Of a DNA stretch of 64,000 nucleotides, positions 9,862-19,246 are shown piece after piece. The stretch spans positions 909,049-973,048 of the forward strand of contig NZ_SZUA01000001.1 of NCBI RefSeq assembly GCF_005239095.1, written 5' to 3'. Every line of letters starts with the position of its first letter. Within the stretch, counting starts at the first letter, position 1. The position numbers and the translations under genes were made by a program. The stretch is from Luteimonas gilva. GTDB taxonomy: Bacteria; Pseudomonadota; Gammaproteobacteria; Xanthomonadales; Xanthomonadaceae. The notes below the pieces were generated by a model. The model was not told the origin of the DNA, searched no databases, and worked only from the letters and a program-made list of their open reading frames with translations.

Positions 9862-10161
9862 ATGCCTCGGACCCTCCTGATCTGCGCTCTGCTCGCCCTT
9901 TCCGCTCCGGCCTGGGCCGGTAGTTTCGCCGGCACGTCGGCCGGCGCATCGTCCGCGGGCTCGTCGGCCTCGTCGGGCAGCACCTCGGACGACGACAAGA
10001 TCGTGCTGCAAGCGCGCGACGACGCCGCCAGCTTCGTCGCCAGCGAAGGCCGAATCCGCGGCGCGCAATTGGAAGCCGCGCTGCGCCAATTGCGCGAACG
10101 CCACCCGGCCGCGCGCGAGGCCAGCGACCTGCAGCTCGCGCAGGCCATCCTGGCGCAGTGA
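9862..10161 (+). CDS. DUF2388 family small secreted protein
   Basis: Signal peptide, Ser-rich linker, DDKIVLQARDDAASFVASEGRIRGAQLEAALRQLRE motif. Confidence 0.6.
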   Translation: MPRTLLICALLALSAPAWAGSFAGTSAGASSAGSSASSGSTSDDDKIVLQARDDAASFVASEGRIRGAQLEAALRQLRERHPAAREASDLQLAQAILAQ

Positions 10162-11984
10162 ACCTGCGGCGCAAGCCGCGCCCGGCCGCTCTGTGGGCGG
10201 CCTCTTGTTTATTGGCCTGCGCCGGATCGGCACAGGCCGAATTGCAGCTGCAGCCGGATGTCGCGGGGCTGACGCCCGCCGAAGCGGCCGCCACGGAACG
10301 GCTGCTGGACGATGCGATGCGGCGCCTGCCGCCGGCGATCCAGGCCTTAGATCGCCGCATCGACGTCTTGTGGCGCGATCTGCCCGCGCAAGTCCATGGT
10401 CGCGCGCGGTCGCATCGGATCCTGCTCGATCGGGCCTTGCTCGACGCCTGGATCGCGCGCCCCGCCGGCGACGACGGCACCGCGACCCGCGCGGCGTTGG
10501 CCGCGACGATCCACGAACTCGCGCACGTGTACGACCGCAGCGCGCAGGGACGCGTGTCGCGCGACCCGCGCCTGCTCGACCTCGCCGGCTGGCAAGTCAG
10601 TCCGATCCGATTCGGCCTGCGCGGTTCGCGCAACGGCTTCAGCGATCGCAGCCCCGATCCGTACGAGCTGCACAGCCCGGCCGAATTCGTCGCGGTCAAT
10701 CTGGAGCATTTTCTGCTGGATGCGGATTACGCCTGCCGCCGGCCGGACTTGTACCGTTACTTCGCCGAACGCTTCTCGACGACGCCGCCGTCCGCCGCCT
10801 GCGCGCCCGGCCTGCCTTTCCTGCAAGCCGATGCGAGCGGCGCGCCTTTGCAAGCCTTGGATCCTAAGCGGGTCTACGCGGTCGACTATCTGTTCGCCGA
10901 GGACAACGCGCAGGCGATGAGCCGCTGGGGCCACAGCATGCTGCGATTGGTCGTTTGCGCGCCGGACCGGCCGCCCGGTCCGGATTGCCGCCTGGATTTG
11001 CAATACCACCGCGTGCTCTCGTTCCGCGCCTTCGTCGACGACGTGCAGATTTCCAGCTGGCGCGGCTTGACCGGTTCGTATCCGTCGCGGCTGTTCGTGC
11101 TGCCCTTGGACCAAGTCGTCGACGAATACACCAAAGTCGAACTGCGCGGCTTGCGCTCGCTGCCGTTGCGGTTGCGGCAGGACGAAATCGCCGCCTTGCT
11201 CGAACGCGCCGCGCGCCTGCATTGGAGCTACGACGGGCGCTATTACTTCCTCGGCAACAACTGCGCGGTGGAAACCTTCAAGCTGCTCCACGACGGCGTG
11301 CCGCGGCTGGCCGATGCGGGCTTGGCCAGCATCACGCCGACCGGCCTGCTTAAACGGCTGCAGCGCGCGCGGATCGCCGACGCCTCGGTATTGGACGACC
11401 CGCAAGAAGCGCGCCGGCTCGGCTATTACTTCGAACCGATGAGCGCGCGTTACGAAGCCATGTACGCGGTCGCCCGACAGGCGCTGCGACTGCCGCAGGC
11501 CGATGCGCAGGCCTGGCTCGACTCGGCGCCGAGCGAACGCCGCCCCTGGCTGCAACGCGCCGATCTGCGCGCCAGCGCCGCGCTGTTGCTGCTGGAAGAA
11601 GCGTCGCTGCGCCGGCAGGAATTGGCGGCGCGGGACGAGCTGAAACGCCGTTTCCTCGGCGATCGCTCGGCGCCGGAAAGCGAGGACGCGGTGGCGGGAC
11701 TGCAAGACCTGTTGCGGCTGGAAGGCCTGCTGAGCCGTCCCGCCGCGCTGGTGCCGGGCGATGGTTACGGCTTGCCGCAGGCGCAGGAACGCGAAGCCTT
11801 GGCGCAAGCGAGCGCCGGCTATGCGTCGGAATGGCGCCAGCGCGGCGAGGATTTGCGCGCCGAAGCGCGGCGCTGGCTGCCGCCGTCGCGGCGACAGGCG
11901 CTGAGCGATGCCGAGGCCAATATCGAACTGCTCGGCGAGCGGCTGCGCCGCCTGCATCGCGAACGAGGCGGACTGCGGCTATAA
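10158..11984 (+). CDS. DUF4105 (Lnb-like) domain protein, secreted
   Basis: GTG start overlapping the DUF2388 stop; WGHSMLRLV...YYFLGNNCAVETFKLLHDG matches the DUF4105/Lnb N-domain. Confidence 0.6.
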   Translation: MNLRRKPRPAALWAASCLLACAGSAQAELQLQPDVAGLTPAEAAATERLLDDAMRRLPPAIQALDRRIDVLWRDLPAQVHGRARSHRILLDRALLDAWIARPAGDDGTATRAALAATIHELAHVYDRSAQGRVSRDPRLLDLAGWQVSPIRFGLRGSRNGFSDRSPDPYELHSPAEFVAVNLEHFLLDADYACRRPDLYRYFAERFSTTPPSAACAPGLPFLQADASGAPLQALDPKRVYAVDYLFAEDNAQAMSRWGHSMLRLVVCAPDRPPGPDCRLDLQYHRVLSFRAFVDDVQISSWRGLTGSYPSRLFVLPLDQVVDEYTKVELRGLRSLPLRLRQDEIAALLERAARLHWSYDGRYYFLGNNCAVETFKLLHDGVPRLADAGLASITPTGLLKRLQRARIADASVLDDPQEARRLGYYFEPMSARYEAMYAVARQALRLPQADAQAWLDSAPSERRPWLQRADLRASAALLLLEEASLRRQELAARDELKRRFLGDRSAPESEDAVAGLQDLLRLEGLLSRPAALVPGDGYGLPQAQEREALAQASAGYASEWRQRGEDLRAEARRWLPPSRRQALSDAEANIELLGERLRRLHRERGGLRL

Positions 11985-11989
11985 GCGCT

Positions 11990-12087
11990 TTTGTAGGAGC
12001 GGCTTTAGCCGCGAGCTTTTTCCATCAAATCGCGACATCGTGGCGATTTCAGAGAGAAAGCTCGCGACTAAAGCCGCTCCTACAAAA
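11990..12087. repeat. REP/MITE-like inverted-repeat element, family A (TGTAGGAGCGGCTTYAGCCGCGAGC...GCTCGCGRCTRAAGCCGCTCCTACA)
   Basis: Near-perfect 30-nt terminal inverted repeats around a short core. Further copies at about 15900-15990, 41969-42066, 42504-42586, 44726-44782 (short variant) and 50253-50349. Confidence 0.8.
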
Positions 12088-12175
12088 GCAAAGCTCGCCC
12101 GAGGATCGCTACGTTCGCACCAAAACCGCCCTTCGCCGCGTCCGTAGCGTTACGCCTGGCCCGTTGACCGGCGAC

Positions 12176-12262
12176 CCATAGAGTCGAGCCTGCTCGACTG
12201 CTCTTGCTTACGCCCTTTCCTAATGCTGAGCTAAAGCAGTCGAGCAGGCTCGACTCTACAAA
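12176..12262. repeat. Inverted-repeat element, family E (ATAGAGTCGAGCCTGCTCGACTGCT ... AGCAGTCGAGCAGGCTCGACTCTA)
   Basis: Perfect 24-nt inverted termini flanking about 36 nt. Resembles the TGTAGAGTCGAGC-type elements of Xanthomonadaceae. Confidence 0.7.
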
Positions 12263-12338
12263 GAAAAATTAACGCAACTTTACGGTTGCATTTCCGATGC
12301 GCTCCGGATAAGGTAAGCGCAACCAGGAGGTTGCCCTT

Positions 12339-12830
12339 ATGTCCGACACCGATCGCATCGTCAAACAAATCCTGCTGAAAGCCCCGCGCGAACGCGTCTG
12401 GCGCGCAGTGAGCGACGCCAAGCAATTCGGCGCCTGGTTCGGAATGGCGTTCGACGCGCCTTTCGCGCCCGGCGCCAAGATCACCGGCAAGATCGTGCCC
12501 ACCCAGGTCGACGCCGAAGCCGCCAAATCGCAAGAGCCCTACGCCGGCATGGCGTTCGATTTCATCATCGACCGGATCGAGCCGATGGACGTGTTCTCGT
12601 TCCGCTGGCATCCCTACGCCGTCGATCCCGATACGGATTATTCGCAGGAGCCGATGACCCTGATCGTGTTCGAGCTGAAAGACGAAGCCGGCGGCACCCG
12701 CCTGACCATCACCGAATCCGGCTTCGACGCCATTCCCCTCGCCCGCCGTGCCGAAGCGTTCGCGGCCAACGAAGGCGGCTGGGAAGCGCAAACGATGCTC
12801 ATCGCGAAATATTTGGAGCGAACGGCCTAG
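12339..12830 (+). CDS. SRPBCC family protein (Aha1/AhSA1-like)
   Basis: AGGAGG RBS; KAPRERVWRAVSDAKQFGAWFG motif. Confidence 0.7.
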   Translation: MSDTDRIVKQILLKAPRERVWRAVSDAKQFGAWFGMAFDAPFAPGAKITGKIVPTQVDAEAAKSQEPYAGMAFDFIIDRIEPMDVFSFRWHPYAVDPDTDYSQEPMTLIVFELKDEAGGTRLTITESGFDAIPLARRAEAFAANEGGWEAQTMLIAKYLERTA

Positions 12831-12844
12831 CGCCCCGCACATCC

Positions 12845-13201
12845 ATGCCCAGACCTCGCCCGCGCGCCGCCAAGCTCGCCGACGCCGCGCCGATCTTCGC
12901 CGCGCTCGGCGATCCGACGCGGCTGCATATCGTGGCCCGCCTCGGCCAAGGCGGGCCGTTGCCCATCGTGCGCCTGACCGAAGGCACGCGACTCACCCGC
13001 CAAGCCATCACCAAGCACCTCAACGCGTTGTCGGATGCGGGTTTGGTGAAAAGCGAACGCAGCGGACGTGAGCGCGTCTGGGAATTGCAGCCACGGCGCT
13101 TGGCCGAAGTGCGGCGTTATCTCGACATGATTTCCGCGCAGTGGGACGTCGCGCTCGACCGTTTGCGCATGCTGGTGGAAGAAGACGATCGGGACGGCTG
13201 A
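12845..13201 (+). CDS. ArsR/SmtB family transcriptional regulator
   Basis: FAALGDPTRLHIVARL...ITKHLNALSDAGLV HTH; classic ArsR-SRPBCC pair with the previous gene. Confidence 0.75.
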   Translation: MPRPRPRAAKLADAAPIFAALGDPTRLHIVARLGQGGPLPIVRLTEGTRLTRQAITKHLNALSDAGLVKSERSGRERVWELQPRRLAEVRRYLDMISAQWDVALDRLRMLVEEDDRDG

Positions 13202-13258
13202 TGTTTTTGGGGGACACAGGGGGTTTGCTTTTCGTCGCGATTTTGCCGATCCGCGTAA

Positions 13259-13300
13259 ATCCCCTCGCCCCCCTTTTCGAAGGGGGGAGGAACAGCAGCA
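13259..13300. repeat. Short repeat, family D (CCCYYTTTTCRAAGGGGGAGGAACAGCAG)
   Basis: Second copy at 60318-60358 between rbfA and truB; both intergenic with an internal hairpin. Confidence 0.6.
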
Positions 13301-13726
13301 TCAATATTCGCGCTTGAACCAAAACGCATCCGGCAACGGCGCCATGCCGACGCGCCGATAGAAGCCGACGGCATCGGGCACCGACGCCAGGATCAGGCTG
13401 ACGCTCGGCCCCAGTAGGCGGCGCGTTTCGTCCAACAATCCTTTCCCGATGCCCAATTTCTGCGCCTTGGCCGACACGGCCAACTCGGACAGATAGCAGT
13501 TCCAGGAAAAATCGGTCGTGCAGCGCGCCACGCCCACCAGCGGGCCAGCGGGCGCGTCCAATCGCGCGGTCACGATCAGGTTCGAACCCGACAGCATCGC
13601 CCGCAATCGCGCTTCGTCGTCGACGGGCCGGGTGGCGCCCAGGCCGGACTCCACCAGCACCTGCCTGAATTCTTCCGCCGGTAGCGTCTGTTCGCGCGCA
13701 TAGACCACGCGGGACGGATCGTTCAT
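13301..13726 (-). CDS. GNAT family N-acetyltransferase
   Basis: YLSELAVSAKAQKLGIGKGLL acetyl-CoA binding motif. Confidence 0.7.
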   Translation of the reverse strand: MNDPSRVVYAREQTLPAEEFRQVLVESGLGATRPVDDEARLRAMLSGSNLIVTARLDAPAGPLVGVARCTTDFSWNCYLSELAVSAKAQKLGIGKGLLDETRRLLGPSVSLILASVPDAVGFYRRVGMAPLPDAFWFKREY

Positions 13727-13730
13727 GGGC

Positions 13731-14186
13731 TCAGTCCTCCAGGAATTTCGGCACGCCGACCTTCAATCCCTTGCCCGGCAAGGCCATCAGCGTGGACGTG
13801 CCGTGCGCGACCAGCTCGTCGTTTTCGTCGTACACGCCGGCTTCGGCATAGCTGATCTGCCGGCCTGCACGCAGGCAACGGCCGTCCGCGCGCAGGCGCC
13901 CGCGCGAGACGGATTTCAGATAGTTCAATTTCAGATCGACGTTCACCAACCCCGCATCGTCGGGCAGGCGCACGAAACCCGCCCAGAACGTGGCGGTGTC
14001 GATCAGCGTCGCAAGCACGCCGCCATGGACGATGCCGAACGGCTGCAGATGCCGTTCGCCGACTTCCAGCACGATCCGGCAGGCGTCGAGCTCCAGCGAT
14101 GCGATCGTCATGCCGATCAGATGCGGATACGGCGCGCCGCGGACGTGGTCCTGCACGGCTTGCAGATAGGCGGGATTCGGCGTCAT
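13731..14186 (-). CDS. PaaI/hotdog-fold thioesterase
   Basis: GIVHGGVLATLIDTA motif. Confidence 0.7.
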   Translation of the reverse strand: MTPNPAYLQAVQDHVRGAPYPHLIGMTIASLELDACRIVLEVGERHLQPFGIVHGGVLATLIDTATFWAGFVRLPDDAGLVNVDLKLNYLKSVSRGRLRADGRCLRAGRQISYAEAGVYDENDELVAHGTSTLMALPGKGLKVGVPKFLED

Positions 14187-14325
14187 GGCGTCGCTCGCGG
14201 TTCGAATGCGCCACTTTGGCACAGGGAGCGCAGCGCGCGTACCCGCCAATGGGAGGGATCGCAGTCCGTTTCCGGGAGCCCCCGGATCGAGTCCGGGGTC
14301 CCGGTTTGCGGCATGGCAGGATCGA

Positions 14326-14682
14326 TCAGCCTAAATCGTGCTCTTCGATCTGGCGCACTTCGCAATCCAGCTCCCATTCGTCGCCGTGGACTTCCAGGAA
14401 GCGCTCGGTCAACTTCACCGCCTCGGCCATCGAATCGGCCTTGAGGATCGCATAGCCGCCGATCACTTCCTTGGTCTCGGTGAAGGGGCCGTCGACCGTG
14501 CTGATCTTGCCGCTGCGCAGGCGCACGCGCTTGCCCTTGGCGGTGGGCTGCAAGCCGGCCGTTTCCAGCAGGACGCCGGCCGCGGTCCATTCCTGGATCA
14601 GCTTGCCCATCTCGGTCATCAGCCGCTCGCTCGGGACTTGGCCATTCTCTTGGACCCGGATCATCGAAAGGAATCGCATCAT
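14326..14682 (-). CDS. YciI family protein
   Basis: MMRFLSMIRV...YciI/DGPF-like fold signature. Confidence 0.65.
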   Translation of the reverse strand: MMRFLSMIRVQENGQVPSERLMTEMGKLIQEWTAAGVLLETAGLQPTAKGKRVRLRSGKISTVDGPFTETKEVIGGYAILKADSMAEAVKLTERFLEVHGDEWELDCEVRQIEEHDLG

Positions 14683-14881
14683 GGTTCTCCTGGTTGGTTG
14701 GGTGATAGAGCCGAGCGGCCGGTGGATCCGGCGCCTGAAACCCCGCTCTCGCTAGGGCAACGAACGGACGGCGAGCGGATCGACAACTAGCAGGCAAATT
14801 TTTTCGCCCCGAATCGAGGCCCGGTACCGCCGCCGAGCCGCCCGGGCTACGATCCCGTATCGCCCTTTCCAGCCGGCCCGC

Positions 14882-15892
14882 ATGCCCCGCGCCATCGAAG
14901 AGATCCGCGCATCCGAACGCACCGTCGCGCTCGAAGACCTGATCGGCGCCGACCGGCCGCTGGTGCTGCGCGGATTGTGCCGCGGCTGGCCCATCGTCGC
15001 CGCCGCGCGCGAATCCGATACGGCCTTCGCCCAAGCCTTGGCCGCTTACGACAACGGTGCGCCGGTCGACACGCTGCGCATGGCGCCCGAAGCCGAAGGC
15101 GTGATCGGCTACAACGAAAATTTCACCGCCTTCAACTACGACCACTATCGCGTGACCGTGACGCAGGTGTTGCAGCGGCTCGCGGCGGCCAGCCGCGAGG
15201 CCCGTCCGCCCGGCATCGCTTTGCAAAGCGCTTCGATCCCGGCTTGCTTGCCCGGCTTCGCGCAAGCGCATCCGTTGCCTTTGCTAGAACCGTCGGTGCA
15301 GCCGCGGCTGTGGATCGGCAACCGGGTCACCACGCCCGCGCATTTCGACGAATACCACAACATCGCGGTAACGGTCGCCGGCCGCCGCCGCTTCACCCTG
15401 TTCCCGATCGAGCAGATCGGCAATCTCTACATCGGCTCGCCCGATTTCGCTCCGACCGGCGCCGCGATCGGCATCGCCCGCCTCGACCGGCCCGACGACC
15501 CGCGCTTCCCGCGCCTGCGCGAAGCGCTGGCGCATGCGCAGCAAGCCGAATTGGAACCCGGCGATGCGATCTACATGCCGCCGCTGTGGTGGCACCACGT
15601 CGAATCGCTGCTTCCGCTCAACGCGCTGGTGAATTATTGGTGGCGGCCGAACCCGCGCGACCGTTACGTGCCGGACACCGCGCTCGGTTGCTTGATGCAT
15701 TGCTTGCTGACCTTCCGCAACCTGCCGCCGGCGCAGCGCGCGGCCTGGCGGACGGTGCTGGACCACTACGTTTTCTCCGAGGATTCGCCGGCGCCGCATC
15801 TGCCGCCGGAGCGGCGCGGCATGTTGGGCGACATGACGCCCGAATTGGCCGCGGAGCTGAAACGCAAGATCCGGCCTTATTTAGACGACTAA
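14882..15892 (+). CDS. Cupin-like (JmjC-type) domain protein
   Basis: HFDEYHNIAV...GDAIYMPPLWWHHVES Fe-binding cupin motifs. Confidence 0.55.
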   Translation: MPRAIEEIRASERTVALEDLIGADRPLVLRGLCRGWPIVAAARESDTAFAQALAAYDNGAPVDTLRMAPEAEGVIGYNENFTAFNYDHYRVTVTQVLQRLAAASREARPPGIALQSASIPACLPGFAQAHPLPLLEPSVQPRLWIGNRVTTPAHFDEYHNIAVTVAGRRRFTLFPIEQIGNLYIGSPDFAPTGAAIGIARLDRPDDPRFPRLREALAHAQQAELEPGDAIYMPPLWWHHVESLLPLNALVNYWWRPNPRDRYVPDTALGCLMHCLLTFRNLPPAQRAAWRTVLDHYVFSEDSPAPHLPPERRGMLGDMTPELAAELKRKIRPYLDD

Positions 15893-15994
15893 GCCGGCTT
15901 CTTTGCGGGAGCGGCTTCAGCCGCGAGCGCTTCCGCTCGCTGCGATCTGAGAAAAGAGCTCGCGGCTGAAGCCGCTCCTACAAAAAAACGGGCG

Positions 15995-17230
15995 CTATTC
16001 GGCCGCGAACAAGTTCAAATCGAACGCGGCCGCCATCGTCTTGTAGCCGGCGTCGTTGGGATGGACGTGATCGCCGCTGTCGTAGGCCGGCAGCATGTAC
16101 TCGGGATGCGCGGGGTCGCGCAGCGCGCTTTCGAAATCCACCACCGCATCGAAGGCGCCGCCGTTGCGGATCCAATCGTTGAGCGCCTGACGCTTGGCTT
16201 TCGCCGTCGGCGTCAGCGGCTCGTCGGGGCTGCCTTTCGGCACCAGCGTGGCGCCGACGATTTTGACGCCCTTCGCGTGGGCGCGCGCGATCAGCGTCTG
16301 CATGCCTTCGATGATCTGTTCGGCCGACACGTTCGCTTCCGGCGTCTTCAGGCGCTCGGCCGCGCTGATGTCGTTGCTGCCCGACAGCAGCACTACCCAG
16401 CGCACGCCGGGCTTGTCGAGCGCGTCGCGATCGAAACGCGACAGGATCTTCGGTCCCAGGTACGGGGCCGCGGCATCGTTGAGGATGCGGTTGCCGGCGA
16501 TGCCGGCGTTGAGCACGGCGATCGAAGCGAATTTCGGATCGGCCCGCAGGCGCGCCGCGAGCGCATCCGGCCAGCGCCTATTCGCATCCAAAGTGGAACC
16601 CACGCCGTCGGTGATGGAATCGCCGACCGCCACGACGGCGCGTGCGCCGGGCTCGGTCGCCACTTCCACGTCGGTCAGGAAAAAGCGGCTGGTGTCGGTT
16701 TCGCCGGCCGGGAAAACATCCGCCGCCGTCGCGTCGCCGGGCGCGATGTAGGCCGTCTGGATCGCCAGATCGTGCACCGTCGAAGCCCCGCTGCGCACCG
16801 GTACGTACAGGCTCACCGCGAGCCGTTCGAAGGCCGATACGGACATCGCGACCGGATCGCTCAGGATCGATTCGCCCTTGCCCACGGCGATGCTGGCCTT
16901 GCCGCCGAAGGTGACGGCGCGTGCGCTGCCGGGCTCGACGGCCGATGCTTGCGCATGCTTGGCCACCCGAACCGGCCCGATCGTCACCGGCCCCTCGCCG
17001 TATAGGTTGGAAAAACGCAAGCGGACTTGCGATCCTCCGATGCTGGCGCGGACGATCTGGCGCAGGCTCTGCTTCTCGAATGAAGGGCCGGGCGAACTCG
17101 GCGAAGCGCTCCAGGCGCCTATCCAGCGTTCGTTGGCGGCGGGCGCGCCGGAGTCCGCGAACGCGGGCGCCGCCCACGCGAGCGCGCAAAGCAAGCCCGA
17201 TGCGGCCCGTAGCCAGATCGTACTGCGCAT
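15995..17230 (-). CDS. Secreted SGNH/GDSL hydrolase family protein
   Basis: Signal peptide MRSTIWLRAASGLLCALAWAAPAFA; VVAVGDSITDG, LSGSNDI, DSGDHVHPNDAGY blocks. The longer upstream ORF (to 18523) is out of frame with the real AraC gene and rejected. Confidence 0.65.
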   Translation of the reverse strand: MRSTIWLRAASGLLCALAWAAPAFADSGAPAANERWIGAWSASPSSPGPSFEKQSLRQIVRASIGGSQVRLRFSNLYGEGPVTIGPVRVAKHAQASAVEPGSARAVTFGGKASIAVGKGESILSDPVAMSVSAFERLAVSLYVPVRSGASTVHDLAIQTAYIAPGDATAADVFPAGETDTSRFFLTDVEVATEPGARAVVAVGDSITDGVGSTLDANRRWPDALAARLRADPKFASIAVLNAGIAGNRILNDAAAPYLGPKILSRFDRDALDKPGVRWVVLLSGSNDISAAERLKTPEANVSAEQIIEGMQTLIARAHAKGVKIVGATLVPKGSPDEPLTPTAKAKRQALNDWIRNGGAFDAVVDFESALRDPAHPEYMLPAYDSGDHVHPNDAGYKTMAAAFDLNLFAAE

Positions 17231-17355
17231 GCTTCCCCGCCCTGTTCCGTTTGGACGCCGCAGGCTCCCACGGCGGGTTCGCGAACCGCAATCGCCATTG
17301 GTCATGCTGGCGGCTTCGGCTTTTCGTAGGAGCGGCGGGCTGCGGGCGGGAGCGC

Positions 17356-18228
17356 TTAGGCCGATTTGCGCGCGCGCAGATGGCGCAAACGCAGCTTGAG
17401 CGAACGCAAGTCGCTGCGCTTCAAATCGTCGCGCACCTCGCTCGGCGAAACGCCCAGCACTTCGCGGAACGCGTCGGTCATGTGGCTGTGGCTGCTGAAG
17501 CCGGTTTCGCAGGCGAGCGCGGCCAAATCCCGCTGCCCTTCGCCCAAACGTCCGAGCGCGGTGCCCAAGCGGTGATGCATCCTGAACTGGCGCAAGGAGC
17601 GGCCGGTGCTGCTGCGGAAAATCCGGCACAGATGGAAAGGCGAGCAGTTCGCGAGCTCGGCCAGCGCTTGGATGCCCACGTTTTCCTCGGTGTGGCCGAG
17701 GATCGCTTCCTCCACGCGCGCGACTTGCCGGCTCATCGCCGGATTGCGCGGCCGCGGACGCGCGGTCGCATGCGAAGTCAGCAGGTATTCGAGCGTGTCG
17801 AGCAAGACTTCCTGGGCGCCCTGCTCGTCTTTGCCGCAGCGCTGCAAACCGAGCAGCATCTCGACGTGCGTTTTCTGGAACTGCAGGTCGTGGACCAGTT
17901 CCTGGCAGGGTTGGGAGCCGCGACCGCCGATCTCCAGCGTCTCCAAGGCTTCGTCGTCGATCAATACGTCGGTGCAGCAGTCGTAACCGCCGGCATCGGG
18001 ATGGGTGACGAGATAATCGACGTCTTTGAGCACCAAAACGGCTTGCCCGGGCCGGGCGAAGCTCGTTTTCTTGCCGACGCGTATCCCGAACGAGCCGCAG
18101 CGGGTGAAGAGCAGCCGTGCCGGTTCGCCGCCTTGCATGCCGGCGCCGCCGCAATTCGTGCGCGGGTGCTGGCAGACGTGGGTGACGACGCTGAACTGCG
18201 CGGACTGCAGCACGGTATCCACGATCAT
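17356..18228 (-). CDS. AraC family transcriptional regulator
   Basis: C-terminal ...LANCSPFHLCRIFRSSTGRSLRQFRMHHRL HTH. Confidence 0.7.
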   Translation of the reverse strand: MIVDTVLQSAQFSVVTHVCQHPRTNCGGAGMQGGEPARLLFTRCGSFGIRVGKKTSFARPGQAVLVLKDVDYLVTHPDAGGYDCCTDVLIDDEALETLEIGGRGSQPCQELVHDLQFQKTHVEMLLGLQRCGKDEQGAQEVLLDTLEYLLTSHATARPRPRNPAMSRQVARVEEAILGHTEENVGIQALAELANCSPFHLCRIFRSSTGRSLRQFRMHHRLGTALGRLGEGQRDLAALACETGFSSHSHMTDAFREVLGVSPSEVRDDLKRSDLRSLKLRLRHLRARKSA

Positions 18229-18433
18229 CGGCACGCTCCGGCGCGGCACCCGTTGCGCCGATCATACGCCCGGATTCCGGCGGAGCGCGGCCCCGGAGCT
18301 CGCGCCGGCTTCGTAGCCCTTTGGCTCCTGCCGGCCCGGGATTCCGGCGCGCAAGTTTGTGGAAGCGGCGGCGCGAACGCCGATGGAAGCTGGGCCCGCT
18401 CACGACCGTCGGCCCACTCGAAATGGAGGATTT

Positions 18434-19156
18434 ATGTCCAAGGCAATGTGCGCTTTGCTCGCCGCCTGCTGCACCGTCGCCGCCGTCAGCGCGGCCGAAC
18501 CGGTTTCCAACCACTGGGGTCAAGGAGGCGACCCCCGGCTATTCCAGAAAGACGCCTTCGCTTACGGCAAGAGCATTTCCGGCTGGGCCGACCGGTCGGT
18601 GCAATGGATGTACGCGCAGCCCTTCGACCACAATCCGTTCTTCGATGCGACCGGGGCCAATTGCGCGGTCGACCAGCACGGTCCGGTTTGGTTCTTGGCG
18701 CCGATCGCTTCGATGGCGCCCGGCAACTACACCCGCGCATGCACGATTCCGCACGACAAAGCCATCCTGCTGATGGCGATGGATCTCAGCGATACCTATC
18801 CCTGCCCCGATCCGAACTTCAAGCCGCAGCCTGGGCAATCGCTTTACGATTTCCTGGTCGCCGACAGCAAGACCTATCCTACCGCCGCCGCGCTGACCAT
18901 CAAGCTCGACGGCCGGCCGGTGCGCGATGCGTTGAGCTACCGGTACATCTCCGAAAACCTGTTCTCGCTGAAAGGCGACCTCAGCCTGCAGGCGCCGTTC
19001 GATCCCTGCATCACCGGCGATTGGCAGCCCGCGGTTTCGAACGGCGTCTTCTTCCTGTTCCGCCCGCTGTCGCGCGGCCAGCACGTGCTCGTCCGCAGCA
19101 GCACCGGCCCCACCGGCAACGTCAATACATTCACTTATTACCTGACGATCGAATAG
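18434..19156 (+). CDS. Hypothetical secreted protein
   Basis: MSKAMCALLAACCTVAAVSAAEP signal peptide; no family recognised. Confidence 0.5.
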   Translation: MSKAMCALLAACCTVAAVSAAEPVSNHWGQGGDPRLFQKDAFAYGKSISGWADRSVQWMYAQPFDHNPFFDATGANCAVDQHGPVWFLAPIASMAPGNYTRACTIPHDKAILLMAMDLSDTYPCPDPNFKPQPGQSLYDFLVADSKTYPTAAALTIKLDGRPVRDALSYRYISENLFSLKGDLSLQAPFDPCITGDWQPAVSNGVFFLFRPLSRGQHVLVRSSTGPTGNVNTFTYYLTIE

Positions 19157-19246
19157 TTCCGCGCTTGCCCACGAACGGCGGGCGTTATCGGGGCCTTCTT
19201 TCAGGCCCCGGTTTTCTTCGCGCGATGGAACGCGTTGGTCTGCGCC

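Noticed and set aside
12231-12842. 203-aa minus-strand ORF opposite the SRPBCC gene
   Set aside because: Antisense to a well-supported gene, with no motifs and an Arg/Gly-rich product.
17231-18523. Upstream extension of the SGNH hydrolase ORF to 842 aa
   Set aside because: The N-terminal 430 aa are low-complexity Arg/Pro-rich and overlap in another frame the convincing AraC gene on the same strand. The real start is the ATG before the signal peptide (17230).
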